64,000 nucleotides of DNA from Azolla caroliniana (Eukaryota; Plantae; Polypodiophyta): NCBI GenBank assembly GCA_043228905.1, contig JBHGNT010000004.1:496001-560000 (forward strand). The letters are read 5' to 3'. The translations under genes were made by a program, and so were the position numbers. Below, one piece after another: positions 1-11,548 of this stretch. Within the stretch, counting starts at the first letter, position 1. Each line of letters begins with the position of its first letter. A model generated the notes under the pieces. The model was not told the DNA's origin, did not search any database, and saw nothing but the letters and a program-made list of their open reading frames with translations.

Positions 1-115
1 ACACTATGGTTTAAAGTAAACATGTTTTTTTTCTAGTGTGATGGTCTTAAGTGACATTATCAATATTAGCAAGAGTAAAATGTTGATCAAATCATTCTCC
101 TAGGGGTTATTTTTA

Positions 116-395
116 GGGAAAAGTACCAAGATACCCCTGGAAGTTTGTCTATTTACCAGAATGCCCCTGGAAGTTCCAAATTTACCAAACTACCCCTATG
201 TCCAAAGTTACACTTTATAAAGTAATTATACACTCAAATCTACAAGCCCTATTTACCGAAGATGGAAGAAATGACCCGAACTAGCCCTATTTACCAAAGA
301 TTTGAGTGTATAATTACTTTATAAAGTGTATTTTTTTGGACATAGGGGTAGTTTGGTAAATTTGGAACTTCCAAGGGTCTCTTGGTACTTTTCCC
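116..395. mobile_element. Mutator-like MITE (non-autonomous foldback element)
   Basis: Termini GGGAAAAGTACCAAG (116) and CTTGGTACTTTTCCC (395) are reverse complements and the arms pair for about 100 bp. An exact 9-bp TSD, TTATTTTTA, lies at 107-115 and 396-404. No ORF. Confidence 0.9.
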
Positions 396-849
396 TTATT
401 TTTATATGTTCTTTCAAGCTACACAATTTCTAGAACCTTTGAAAACATCATTTCCACATACGTAATGAGAGCATGTGAAGAATGAAATTTTGATGAGCTT
501 ATCCATCCCCTCAACATTTTTGAAACTTTGATTATCTCATCCCATCCCCTCAAAATTTTCACTTAACAAAAATGTTATAAAAAATGTGAACTTTTGGGTG
601 CATGTGGAGAATCAAACTTGAGTGACCACAACTAGCTACCCAATATTTTGGATGGTTATAGGAGTCACATCGTAAGTCGCGTATTTATAAGACTCTATAG
701 ACCATTTGGAAAATTAAGCTTGCAAATTGATTTGAAAATCATGAATCAACATCAAAAGTAAAGAGAGGGTTTTTTCAAGGTCTTACAAGACTTTTGGAAC
801 CATTTGGAGAGTTGAACTTGATAAAGGATCACGTTGATAAAATGACAAC

Positions 850-1186
850 AAAAGCAAGGATAAGGATATGTTTCCATACCACAGCTAACTTTGAGAACTC
901 ATGAGATTAATATCATGGTCAACTTATATAACTTCTATACGTATTCAGAGAATCAAAGTTTAGTTATAAGTGTTTCTAGAGTATCCCAATGAGAATTTGT
1001 AGCATGAATACATTGTCATCAAAAGCAAGGATGAAGATATGTTTTCATACCAACTAACTTTGAGAACTCATGAGATTAATATCATGGTCAACTTATGTGA
1101 CTTCTAGATGTATTTAGAGAATCAAAATTTAGTTGTAAGTGTTTCTAGAGTATCCCAATGAGAATTTGTAGGGTGAATGCATTGTC
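850..1186. repeat. Diverged tandem duplication, period about 171 bp
   Basis: AAAAGCAAGGAT...GTATCCCAATGAGAATTTGTAG...CATTGTC begins at 850 and again at 1021. Confidence 0.85.
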
Positions 1187-1967
1187 CTTGCCAGTATTAT
1201 ATCAAAAGTGTTTTATTTAGAAGCAATTTGATATCTATAGCTATCACAATTTATGAACATTAATTGTTCGAATAGACCTAGGAAAATTAGTGTATGAATA
1301 GTGTTTTTTTAAGTATTAAGACATTCATTGTTGTAGTTGTATTTGACCTTTCATTCACAAAAGGGATATTAACGTCAAACTCAAAGACGACCATGTGGTG
1401 CATTTTAAGATACTTACAACTTCTTATAACCCATTCTATCTCACACAAACACAATTATCAATCATTTTGAATGGGTTTGTGTTTCGGTGACACATAGGAA
1501 ATGGTAGACAAAAAAAAGTAGAGTTATTTGACATCTAGTGTCCAAGTTCCCACATTATTTTGAAGTTTATTCCATTTGTTGTTTGTCAAGGATAGCATGA
1601 CGTAATAACCCCATAAAATACATCTAAGAGAGATTTATTAATAACCTAAAAAAATGAAGACGTTATTGACAATTACAATTCCTTAGTATGGATATTTTGA
1701 ACCTTAGTATGATTATATTTTTCATGTCTTCTTCATCATTTATAGAAGAAAATTAAGATTACAAACGGAAATTTTTCCCCTTTCCAAAAACTACATTAAA
1801 AGAGAAGCAGTATTAGAAAATGGGAAGAACAAGACATTGTGTGCTAAATGAGTATTTTAAAATTATTTTATGCATCAAAGAGGTGGAGAAGTCTAGGTCA
1901 ATTATCCTATTAAGTGTGCTCATAGTTGAAATATTTCAAATGTAAAACATGGTGATGTAATGGTGAA

Positions 1968-2180
1968 GTTTAGGGCAATTGCTTGTTCCCCAAACCCAAT
2001 GGACATCCATAATAACTCACTTTGCAAAGTATGTGCATGTATTTTGTATGGTGATCGACAACCTACATTGCCTAATGGGTTTAGGGCAATTGCTTGTTCC
2101 CCAAACCCAATGGACATCCATAATAACTCACTTTGCAAAGTATGTGCATGTATTTTGTATGGTGATCGACAACCTACATT
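1968..2180. repeat. Near-perfect tandem duplication, period 111 bp
   Basis: GTTTAGGGCAATTGCTTG...CAACCTACATT at 1968-2069 and 2079-2180; the ORF-track peptides repeat identically. Confidence 0.92.
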
Positions 2181-2685
2181 CTCGAATAAAAAACTAAACT
2201 TTTACGTCTTCAACAATTTAAAATTAATGGATGAATGGTTCGATTAAAGATGCTACTTGGGAGGAAGTAGATACTCATAAAACAAGTACAATCTTTTAGA
2301 GAGGGAGAGTATGTTACAAACATAATCATAAGTTTAACCATAGTTGTGGGCTAATTTGTAAGGATGACAGGTGAGGATTGAGTTATCTCAATCCTATGAT
2401 GGGAGATAAATTTAGAGTGTTTCGTCACTTGGCTACTTTTATAAAAAAATGCAACCGAGTGAAAAATACACACAAGGGGCCTAGGGTTTGAGCCTATATA
2501 AAAAGGCTAACGACTTTCATCAAGGAGCATCTCTTTTCTTTATTGTTTTGAGATAGAGACTCTAATAGTGTGGCAAAGTTGTAGGTTCATACCTGTGTGC
2601 CTCTTTCCAAACCCAAATTACAATCCATGTCTATACACGGGTGGTATGGGACACCAACAAGGGACTTGGATTTGTCTCTCACCTT

Positions 2686-2786
2686 CGTTAAGGGGGGGGT
2701 GGGCTAGGTAATTAACTATGGGTTAATTAGTATCTAATTATATGAGTAGTTAATCACGTATGTGATTAAACAACAGAAGACTAAGT

Positions 2787-2864
<78 letters not shown>

Positions 2865-2865
2865 G

Positions 2866-2903
<38 letters not shown>

Positions 2904-3261
2904 AAGTAGGAATTACACTTGTGAACACTTAAACAATGGGGGATCATTAACAAGGGTGTAGCTTAAGAACTATTTCTTATATTAAAAGACATCATCAAGT
3001 TACAAAAATACCCACAATGTGGTATATATACATCTCATGTGTAAGGGTGCACATGTGAGAAGAGAATATAGGTACAAGAGTATACATCCTATATTAAATG
3101 AGTTTGGTTGTGGGGGATGTAGAATGTATCCCACTTAAGTACGAAGTACAAAATTCCATTTTAAACTTTACAGTAACACACTAACTAAATTCGATTCATG
3201 TAACTACTAAGTTACATGATTGACAAAATGACTGAACCTAGTTGAGCTTGATATCTCAACA
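2686..3261 (-). mobile_element. Solo-LTR-like sequence with an internal (GT)n(GA)n microsatellite; same family as 33185-33611
   Basis: The reverse complement starts TGTTGAGATATCAAGCTCAAC as at 33185 and shares internal blocks (TTGTACCTATATTCTC, CACATGTGCACCC, CATTGTGGGTATTTTTGTA). No TSD found. Confidence 0.7.
2786..2903. repeat. Compound (GT)n-(GA)n microsatellite
   Basis: Directly visible. Confidence 0.95.
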
Positions 3262-4299
3262 ATTTTGTATAATGTTAATTAAGATTCTAACCTTGGGTTG
3301 GTTGGAGGTTGAATTCGACGGTGGCTCAAGATACGGTGCGAAAAGAGGTGCATGATGTGTGATTGAAGAGGTCATGGTGATTGAGGTCATGGTTGTGGGA
3401 CACAATATATCAATGGTGGTGTAGAAGATCTGTAGGTTATGCAAATGACATGGTTAGATGTGAGCATGTTTGGTTCATTTTATGTGTAAGGGTGGTAAAG
3501 GCACCTCATTGGTGCACTGGCAACATCATAAAAATTTGCAATTTTCTTATAATACCCACTTGACATCCAATGCACTCAGTAACTCCCTTACGTGCACACA
3601 TTCAATCTCTCACAAATCAACGAAGGATAGTTGGCCCTAGGCATAGAAAGAGAATAGGCCTAAAGTAAAGTTAGATTGCTAGCAAGTTAAACTCGACATG
3701 GAAATGGACATGGACATGAAGGTGACCTCCTTTGTTATCATACCTACAGATAGTAACTCAGACATGAACAATACTACAATAGGACATGACCAATCAAAGA
3801 TCTGAGTAAAGCTTAACGCCAAGAAAAAGGGATAGAACTTTGGGAGGTCCAATTCTTTAGTGGAACAAGGTAAGAAGCTATGACTCGTAAAATAGGAGCC
3901 ACAATCGATGGAACGAAAATTAGCACAAGACAACTACTAAAGAGTTGCGCACTATTGAGGGTGGATTAACAAGAATAAGGGAAACATATGTATCACTAAG
4001 TAGGGAAGTTACGCCCTACATTGGGTAGGTTGGGTAGCACAGGTTGGACTCTTCTAGAAAAGGAGAAATATGAGAAAGTTTTGTGTAGAATAAAATACTA
4101 GACAAACCCTATGTGAAAATCAAATCTTAACTAGCCTACACATTACTCAGAGACATTTATGCCTCTAAAACTAATACAAGAGCTAGTATCCCAAATGTAG
4201 AGAGAAAAACAATCTCTAAGTCGAGATCAACAAATGGCAATGCTAAGGTCTCACAATTCGTAGGGTTTTGGGATGCTTGTGACCATGTAGTGTTTCAAA

Positions 4300-5050
4300 A
4301 GTATCACACAAGTTTATGAGACCCTCTCCGTTGTAATACAGAAGACCTTTTTTTAGTCCACTCTTATTCCCCAGGTAAGAGTGTGGTTTCGAACTCCGCA
4401 GATGAAAAATGTGACATGACTTCATGTATGTGGAGGAGTTCCAGCTCACTAGCTTTGAAAGGAGACAAAGTAAACAAAACCCTATGGATCAATTGTTCAC
4501 ACTCAGAAAGAGGTGAAAGAGACAATACATTACTACATTAGGTGTACAAAAAGCTTACACTACAAAGTGAACCTGGCAACAACATGTCAGACGAGAAACA
4601 GATGAGTAGGTTCATGAATGGGCTAAATGACCTATCTTGCGAAATTTCTTCATAACTTGGTTGTGTAGATCCTTCTCCAAAGCTTGTGCAGTAGTCATGG
4701 CCATTTAGGATTTCATGACAAGGCTCCAAATACCAATGTTAGCAGCATATAGCCTCTCAAAAGAGGTAGAACATCCAATAGGTTGTGCTATACGCGAGTA
4801 TATACAGTGCCCCAAATGCCAAGGCCATTTTAAGAGGCTTGAATTCTTATATCTCAACTAATATCGATCACCATATTAATAGCAGTGTAAGGCATTCATC
4901 ATTCACCATCTAGACAAGGAGGGCACCCAATGGATCATAGTACTTGTAGATCATTGTTAGAGGACACCCAATGGGAGGTTGTGATGGCCACCATGTGATG
5001 GCAAGGTCTGAACCTGTGACCTATGCGTACATAATGCTAAGGACTTGCCC
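4300..5050 (+). pseudogene. Degraded Gypsy-like gag remnant (boundaries approximate)
   Basis: Fragments translate to MSDEKQMSRFMNGLND (retrotransposon gag-like) and CPKCQGH (zinc-knuckle-like). Many stops. Confidence 0.4.
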
Positions 5051-5225
5051 ATTAATCTATTTTATACAAATATTTATTAAATTTAACATAATATCATATC
5101 CAATAGAAACCTCACTAATTGAATGTGGTTTTCTCATTAGATTCTGCTTTTGTGTCTTGATAATCCAGCCCCACTACAGCACTAATTCTTAGTTATTATA
5201 GCAACTTAAGAGATGAGAGGAAGAG

Positions 5226-5509
5226 TGTCGAATACATGTGTATAATGGACGTATTCACACTATCCCGTTTTGGCCATTTATGTAATTAGCATAAAGGGTA
5301 GTTGCCCTAAGTCGGTCACTATATATAGTGACCTTGTAACCTCTTTGTAAGGTTGGATGTTGTATTATTGCTTTGGGAAATAGAAAGTCGTTTTTGTGCC
5401 TCTCTCTCTCTCTCTCTCTGTGCAAAGACCTAGAAACTGTCATACGCAGGTATTCAAGCACGAATCGAATGCTTCTTGATCTTCCGCATTGACGACATTG
5501 TCTCCAACA
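5226..5509 (+). repeat. 5' LTR of Copia copy 1
   Basis: TGTCGAATAC...CTCCAACA, followed by the PBS. Confidence 0.97.
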
Positions 5510-6191
5510 TCTGGTATCAGAGCGAGGTTCGGCCGTCATCACCGCCTGCACAGCATTCGGTTCTTCACTTCATCACGGCCTGCACAGTATTCACGTCATT
5601 CGAAGAAAGAGAGAAGAAGAACAAAAAAACGAGGTTTTGCACCTCATCGCGTTAGATCCTCTTCGCTTGGAGTAAGCCAGCCGGTTGTACTCCGTTCCTT
5701 GTGATCGCAACGCTCGAGGTGAAATCCCCTTGTGCAACATTGACACGATCGCGCTCCACTCGGTTAAACGGCATCCGAAAAGGTCATTAAACGTTGCTCG
5801 CCGCTCGTTGTAACCACTCGGTGCAGATCGGTCTCAAGACAACAACCCCAATTTGCGCTTCATCCGGCTGATCGACATTCGGGAGGATCAGTTGGATCTG
5901 TCTCTCTCGTCGCTGCAGCCACCCGAAGCAGAATCGGTCCAGATAATCGGTTTCAATAATCGGTATTCGGCATATATATCCGAAGCGAACCGGGCTCACT
6001 CCGACTCGGCAACATTCGGGAAGACCAGTCGGTTCTGTCCCTCAAGTTACCGGAGTCAATTCGAGCAAGTTCCGAAGCCGAACCGACTCGGGTTCAAATC
6101 CGACTAGAACGATATCGGGTGAGCCAACTGGCTGCACTCCAACAAGGTTCGTAGTCAACTCCGAACCGAGCTTCGTCAAACAAAACCGAAC

Positions 6192-9100
6192 TTGATGGCA
6201 TCAACATCCGGCTCGTCAGAAATGAGTCTACGAAAGTTCGATGGATCGAACTTCAACTTCTGGAAGGAACAAATGCAGGACTATCTCATAGTCAAGGGAC
6301 AAATCGATCCCATCGAAAATGAAGAACCTCCAGAAGGATACAAACCAATTGAGTGGCAGAAGCTGGACAGAATCGTCCGCGCCACGATTCGGATGCACCT
6401 ATCGGAATCGGTATACTTTACGGTGCAATCGTGTACGACAGCATTCGAACTGTGGAAAACACTGTCGGACACTTACGAAAAGAAGGTCGCCGCAACGAAG
6501 ATGTTTCTGATCCGGCGCCTCTACAACTTGCGGATGAAAGAATCTGACTCGGTTCAAGCACACCTCAATGAGTACGAAAGCATCAGCTCCCAAATCTCGT
6601 CACAGGGGACGGCAATCGAGGATGAACTCAGAGCAATGATACTCATGAGCAGCCTTCCCTCATCATGGGAAACTTTCGTCACAACCGTGTGCAACGCGTC
6701 AACCACGGCTGTTAAGTACTCCGAAGTCACGAGCGCAATCCTGACCGAAGCAGCTCGGAGAAAGTCTTTCGCCAAAGACTCAACAGACGACGCTTATGTA
6801 GTACAAGGTTCGACAGACCGATCGAACATACGAGGAAGAGATTCCTCACGGCCGCCGAACAATCAGCGAAGACGGAGCCAGTCACGGGATAACCGAATCT
6901 GCAACTATTGCAAGAAACCCGGACACATCAAAGCCGACTGCCGCGCACTCAAGAACAAGAACAACAAGAAGAGTGGCCGGCATGAGGAGGTCAATTACGT
7001 CAGCTTCTCAGCTGATGTGCTACCAGACGACCCGAATATACTATCAATCGAAAATCCAGTCGGATCAGAAGTTCTACTCACGACTGAAGAATCGAGCACA
7101 TGGCTCTTAGATTCGGGCGCGTCATTTCACGTGACTCCTCATCGATCCCAGTTTCGGCAATATACGATCCGTCACTCCGACTCAGTTCGAGTCGGCAACT
7201 CACAACACTGTGACATCATCGGAATCGGCACAGTAGAGCTCAACCTTGCAGGTGGCTCTACACTTGTACTCCACAATGTCCGACATGTACCCGAGCTCTC
7301 AAGGCCATTGATCTCAGTCGGACAACTAGATGAAGACGGCATTCGTGCCGGTTTCTCTTCGGGAGGGTGGACACTCCACAGGGGGAACCTCCTGCTTGCT
7401 AGAGGACCCAAGATACACTCCTTGTATCCGTTACATGTTACGCTCAGAGAGGGTAACCTGTTTTTGGTGGATATTCCTGTGTCATCACTATGGCACAGAA
7501 GATTAGGACACCTCAGCAAGGCCGGCATCACGCACCTATCTAGAGCCGGATACATCCCTAAACTCTCCTTCTCCGACCATCAATTCTGCGAGCATTGCCA
7601 GTATGGCAAACAAGCAGCCGCATCACACCCGACATCAGCACCAAGAGAAACGAGACCTCTCGATTTAGTCCATTCGGACGTTTGTGGCCCAATGCCGCAT
7701 CAGTCTCTCGGCGGTGCCTCTTACTTCGTCACTTTTATTGACGATTCGACTCGAAAGGTGTGGGCTTATCCAATTCGCACCAAAGATCGGGTCTTCTCGA
7801 TCTTCACCGATTGGCTCGCTATGGTGGAAAATCAAACCGACCAAAAGCTGAAATGCTTTCGGACAGACAATGGGGGAGAGTTTAAATCCGAAGAATTTGT
7901 CAAATTCTGCCGACAACGCGGCATCCGACGTGAATTTACGGCACCACACAGTCCGGAGCAAAACGGGATTGCAGAACGAATGAATCGGACAATCCAAGAA
8001 CGGATAGTTTCCATGCTCCAACACTCCGGACTGTCGGATGGCTTCTGGGCAGAGGCTCTACTCACGGCAGTACACATAATCAGTATGTCGCCAAGTAGAC
8101 CTCTAGGACTTCAAATTCCTCAGGAACTATGGATCGGCAGTAAGCCGAATTACAACAAGCTGAGGATCTTCAGATGCGAGGCGTACGCCCTCATTCCGAA
8201 AGATGATCGCCGAAAACTTGCACCTCGGTCCAGGAAATGCATCTTCCTTGGATATGGATCCGACGGCGAAATGGGATACCGACTCTGGGACCCCGAACGC
8301 AGACAAATCGTTCGAAGTTCGGACGTTGTGTTCAACGAGTCGGCTATGAATCCATCAGTCGAAAAACCGATCGAAGTCCGAAGGGTAACATTCTTCGATG
8401 TGCCGACCCTTCAAGAAGGCCCCGCTCTCAACACACGGTCAGCTTCACGGGTAGCTGAACCTTACACTACCGACTCGGACAACCCCGACTCGGCACAGCA
8501 GAACAATCCGCTTTCGGACCATCCGACCTTGATACCCGATGCGACCAGTCCAATCTTACCTCGACGATCCGAGAGACTGTCGCCACCTCCGGAGAGGTAT
8601 TCTCCTGGAATTTTCTTCACCGACGCCGGCGAACCGACGTCTTACGAAGAAGCATCGACATCTGTCGATTCAGCCACCTGGCATCTGGCTATGGAGTCGG
8701 AAATGCACTCCATTCGGGCAAACAAGACTTGGGATCTGGTTGAATTACCTAGGAACCGACGTGCTCTTCCTTGCAAGTGGGTTTATCGACTAAAAGAGAC
8801 GCCTGATTCGACCACCCCAAAGTACAAGGCCAGATTAGTTGCGAAGGGCTTCCGACAAGAATATGGCGTCGACTTCGACGAGATTTTTTCACCAGTGGTG
8901 AAAATGACAACCCTTCGTTTTCTACTCGGCGTAGTGGCAGCCGACAACTTGGAGCTGATTCAGCTAGATGTCAAAACAGCCTTCCTCCATGGTGATCTTG
9001 ACGAGGAAATTTACATGGAGCAGCCAAAAGGCTTCGTGGCGACTGGCCAAGAACATCTAGTCTGCCGACTCAGGAAGAGTCTATACGGCCTCAAACAGGC

Positions 9101-10148
9101 ACCGCGACAATGGTACAAGAAGTTCGACGACTTCATCCAATCGATCGGCTTCTCAAAAAGCGATGAGGACCATTGTCTCTTCACCAACACAGCTCAAGAT
9201 GGATCACCCATCTTCCTCATCATTTACGTGGACGACATGCTAATTTCTGGACGCCACGCGGGCGAACTTGCCGTCCTTGGCATGAAGATTAGTCGGCATC
9301 GCGCTAAACGACATCTTTTTTTGTCTCAGACCGACTATACCCGACGTGTCTTAGAACGCTTCAACATGCAATCAGCTAAATCTGCTTCAACCCCGCTCCC
9401 CATGACTCTTCGGCTCTCTCAGCGAGACTGCCCGACATCCGGTCCGGAGGGGGAAGATATGAAGTCGGTACCGTATGCACCGGCAGTCGGCTCCCTTATG
9501 TACCTGATGGTCACGACACGGCCTGATATTTCTCATGCCGTAGGAGTCGTTAGCAGATTTATGCACAATCCTGGCCGATCGCATTGGAACGCAGTCAAGC
9601 ATGTGTTCAGATATCTGGCTGGCACAAAAGACCACGGCATTCTCTTCGGTCCGAACCGAACCTCAGGCGTAGTCGGTTACACCGACTCGGACTTCGCCGG
9701 CTGTATAGACAGTCGGAAATCAACAACTGGATACTGCTTCAAATTCGGCAATGGAGCAATTTCGTGGAAGTCGAAACTTCAGGAGTGCACAGCGACCTCA
9801 ACGACCGAAGCAGAATATGTAGCTGCGTCTGACGCAGCAAAAGAAGCTTTGTGGCTCGGTCGGCTGGCGCACACGTTTCGACAAGTCGACCATGACTCGG
9901 CCCCAGTTGTCTACAACGACAGTCAAGGTGCTGTTGCCTTGTCGAAAAATCCGGTTCACCACAACGCCTCCAAACATATCGACGTTCGATATCACTTCGT
10001 TCGGGACTGCGTCATTTCAGGGAAAATCGGTCTAGAGAAAATATCCACAACCGACAATGTCGCAGATGGAATGACCAAGTGTCTTTCGGTAGACCGCTTT
10101 CGGTCCCTTCGGCATCAGATGGGCGTAACGACAAACCAGTCCGGTTAG
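6192..10148 (+). CDS. Copia Gag-Pol polyprotein (Gag, CCHC knuckle, protease, integrase, RT, RNase H), 1318 aa, with an in-frame RT deletion
   Basis: CNYCKKPGHIKADC, WLLDSGAS, WHRRLGH, VHSDVCGP, TDNGGEF, NGIAERMN, QLDVKTAFL, YVDDML, YTDSDFAG and KHIDVRYHFVR occur in Copia order (integrase before RT). Confidence 0.95.
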   Translation: MMASTSGSSEMSLRKFDGSNFNFWKEQMQDYLIVKGQIDPIENEEPPEGYKPIEWQKLDRIVRATIRMHLSESVYFTVQSCTTAFELWKTLSDTYEKKVAATKMFLIRRLYNLRMKESDSVQAHLNEYESISSQISSQGTAIEDELRAMILMSSLPSSWETFVTTVCNASTTAVKYSEVTSAILTEAARRKSFAKDSTDDAYVVQGSTDRSNIRGRDSSRPPNNQRRRSQSRDNRICNYCKKPGHIKADCRALKNKNNKKSGRHEEVNYVSFSADVLPDDPNILSIENPVGSEVLLTTEESSTWLLDSGASFHVTPHRSQFRQYTIRHSDSVRVGNSQHCDIIGIGTVELNLAGGSTLVLHNVRHVPELSRPLISVGQLDEDGIRAGFSSGGWTLHRGNLLLARGPKIHSLYPLHVTLREGNLFLVDIPVSSLWHRRLGHLSKAGITHLSRAGYIPKLSFSDHQFCEHCQYGKQAAASHPTSAPRETRPLDLVHSDVCGPMPHQSLGGASYFVTFIDDSTRKVWAYPIRTKDRVFSIFTDWLAMVENQTDQKLKCFRTDNGGEFKSEEFVKFCRQRGIRREFTAPHSPEQNGIAERMNRTIQERIVSMLQHSGLSDGFWAEALLTAVHIISMSPSRPLGLQIPQELWIGSKPNYNKLRIFRCEAYALIPKDDRRKLAPRSRKCIFLGYGSDGEMGYRLWDPERRQIVRSSDVVFNESAMNPSVEKPIEVRRVTFFDVPTLQEGPALNTRSASRVAEPYTTDSDNPDSAQQNNPLSDHPTLIPDATSPILPRRSERLSPPPERYSPGIFFTDAGEPTSYEEASTSVDSATWHLAMESEMHSIRANKTWDLVELPRNRRALPCKWVYRLKETPDSTTPKYKARLVAKGFRQEYGVDFDEIFSPVVKMTTLRFLLGVVAADNLELIQLDVKTAFLHGDLDEEIYMEQPKGFVATGQEHLVCRLRKSLYGLKQAPRQWYKKFDDFIQSIGFSKSDEDHCLFTNTAQDGSPIFLIIYVDDMLISGRHAGELAVLGMKISRHRAKRHLFLSQTDYTRRVLERFNMQSAKSASTPLPMTLRLSQRDCPTSGPEGEDMKSVPYAPAVGSLMYLMVTTRPDISHAVGVVSRFMHNPGRSHWNAVKHVFRYLAGTKDHGILFGPNRTSGVVGYTDSDFAGCIDSRKSTTGYCFKFGNGAISWKSKLQECTATSTTEAEYVAASDAAKEALWLGRLAHTFRQVDHDSAPVVYNDSQGAVALSKNPVHHNASKHIDVRYHFVRDCVISGKIGLEKISTTDNVADGMTKCLSVDRFRSLRHQMGVTTNQSG

Positions 10149-10341
10149 AGCCGGACACAAAGCAGGATGGTTCCCGACAACCGACATCAGTTCCTTAATG
10201 ATCGGCTTCAACTGTTCCGACCCGACCAGTTCGGTCTTCTGCCTTCGGACCCTGCCGACTCGAACAAAGCTGATATGTCCGAGAACCTAAGTCTATACCT
10301 GTAATCTTAGATAACCCATGTATACGCCCATTACGGGGGAG

Positions 10342-10625
10342 TGTCGAATACATGTGTATAATGGACGTATTCACACTATCCCGTTTTGGCCATTTATGTA
10401 ATTAGCATAAAGGGTAGTTGCCCTAAGTCGGTCACTATATATAGTGACCTTGTAACCTCTTTGTAAGGTTGGATGTTGTATTATTGCTTTGGGAAATAGA
10501 AAGTCGTTTTTGTGCCTCTCTCTCTCTCTCTCTCTGTGCAAAGACCTAGAAACTGTCATACGCAGGTATTCAAGCACGAATCGAATGCTTCTTGATCTTC
10601 CGCATTGACGACATTGTCTCCAACA
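10342..10625 (+). repeat. 3' LTR of Copia copy 1
   Basis: Copy of 5226-5509, preceded by the PPT and followed by the TSD. Confidence 0.97.
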
Positions 10626-11548
10626 AAGAGCTCTCCTTATCATAATATGCATGTTAGTAGCTTGCAAATGCTTAATGAGCACACTTGTCACTTCGCCAAC
10701 AAAAGGGATAGGATGATACAACTTGACACAGCTCAAAAAAGGAGACGACTCCTATTGAAAGGAAGACTTGCACTCGATGTTACACACCTAGAGACAATAT
10801 TGTGCAATGAGTTTTGGAGAGCGACTTTCTTTGATTAGTTGATACGTTGGAGGGGTCAATATAGCATATATTTTTTAGTGGTGTGACCTAACCCATTCCA
10901 TCTTGAAAATCGGACATACAAGAATGAAAATGATGCAATCTTATCTGCAATGCAAATGATGTCCCAAAACATATATAAGCCATGTTTAATGGAAAAACAA
11001 ACACCAGAATGCTAAGTTGGTTGGTTGTGATCCTTGCTTCTTCTTTTACCCCTTTAATCTATCTCATTGAAAATGAATAACTATTGTCCTAGAATTACAT
11101 CAAAGAAATCATTGTAATGCTTCTATTACAAGTTCAAATTATTGCAGATGTATTACATACATAATGACTGTATGAATTACATAATGATTTAGATAGGCAA
11201 AAGAAACTAATATTCAAATAAATCTGTGTTGATCAGATTAGGCAAGGCCTACCTATGGATCTCTTGCTCCACAACATATCCAAATATTTCAATAAAAATA
11301 CAAAAAAAAACATTCGAAAAGTTCATAAAAAGTACGTGTCCCTTTCAAAAGTTTTGGTTAAGAAATTCGAATTTAGAAAAATGGTTTTGCTCTATTCAAG
11401 GTCCTTATCAAAAAATATTAATTATTATCCATGTAGTATATTTCAAGTATTATACTTTACTAGCTGCATAGCCTGAATTTTTCTTTCTAAATTATATACA
11501 AAAAAAATTGTATTTCCTGGCCTGACTTTGTTGTCATCACAAAGTTCT

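Larger units (their letters stand above)
5226..10625 (+). mobile_element. Full-length Ty1/Copia LTR retrotransposon, copy 1
   Basis: 284-bp LTRs (TG...CA) at 5226-5509 and 10342-10625 appear identical; TSD AAGAG at 5221-5225 and 10626-10630; Met-initiator PBS TGGTATCAGAGC at 5512-5523; PPT CGGGGGAG before the 3' LTR. Confidence 0.98.

Noticed and set aside
640-675. ILDGYRSH resembling a pogo/DDE_1 transposase motif
   Set aside because: Only one short motif with no supporting frame; cannot be supported without a profile search.
2734-2953. His/Thr-repeat ORFs (also the CVCV ORFs near 19.7 kb and Phe-rich ORFs near 20.2 kb)
   Set aside because: Translations of microsatellites and low-complexity DNA.
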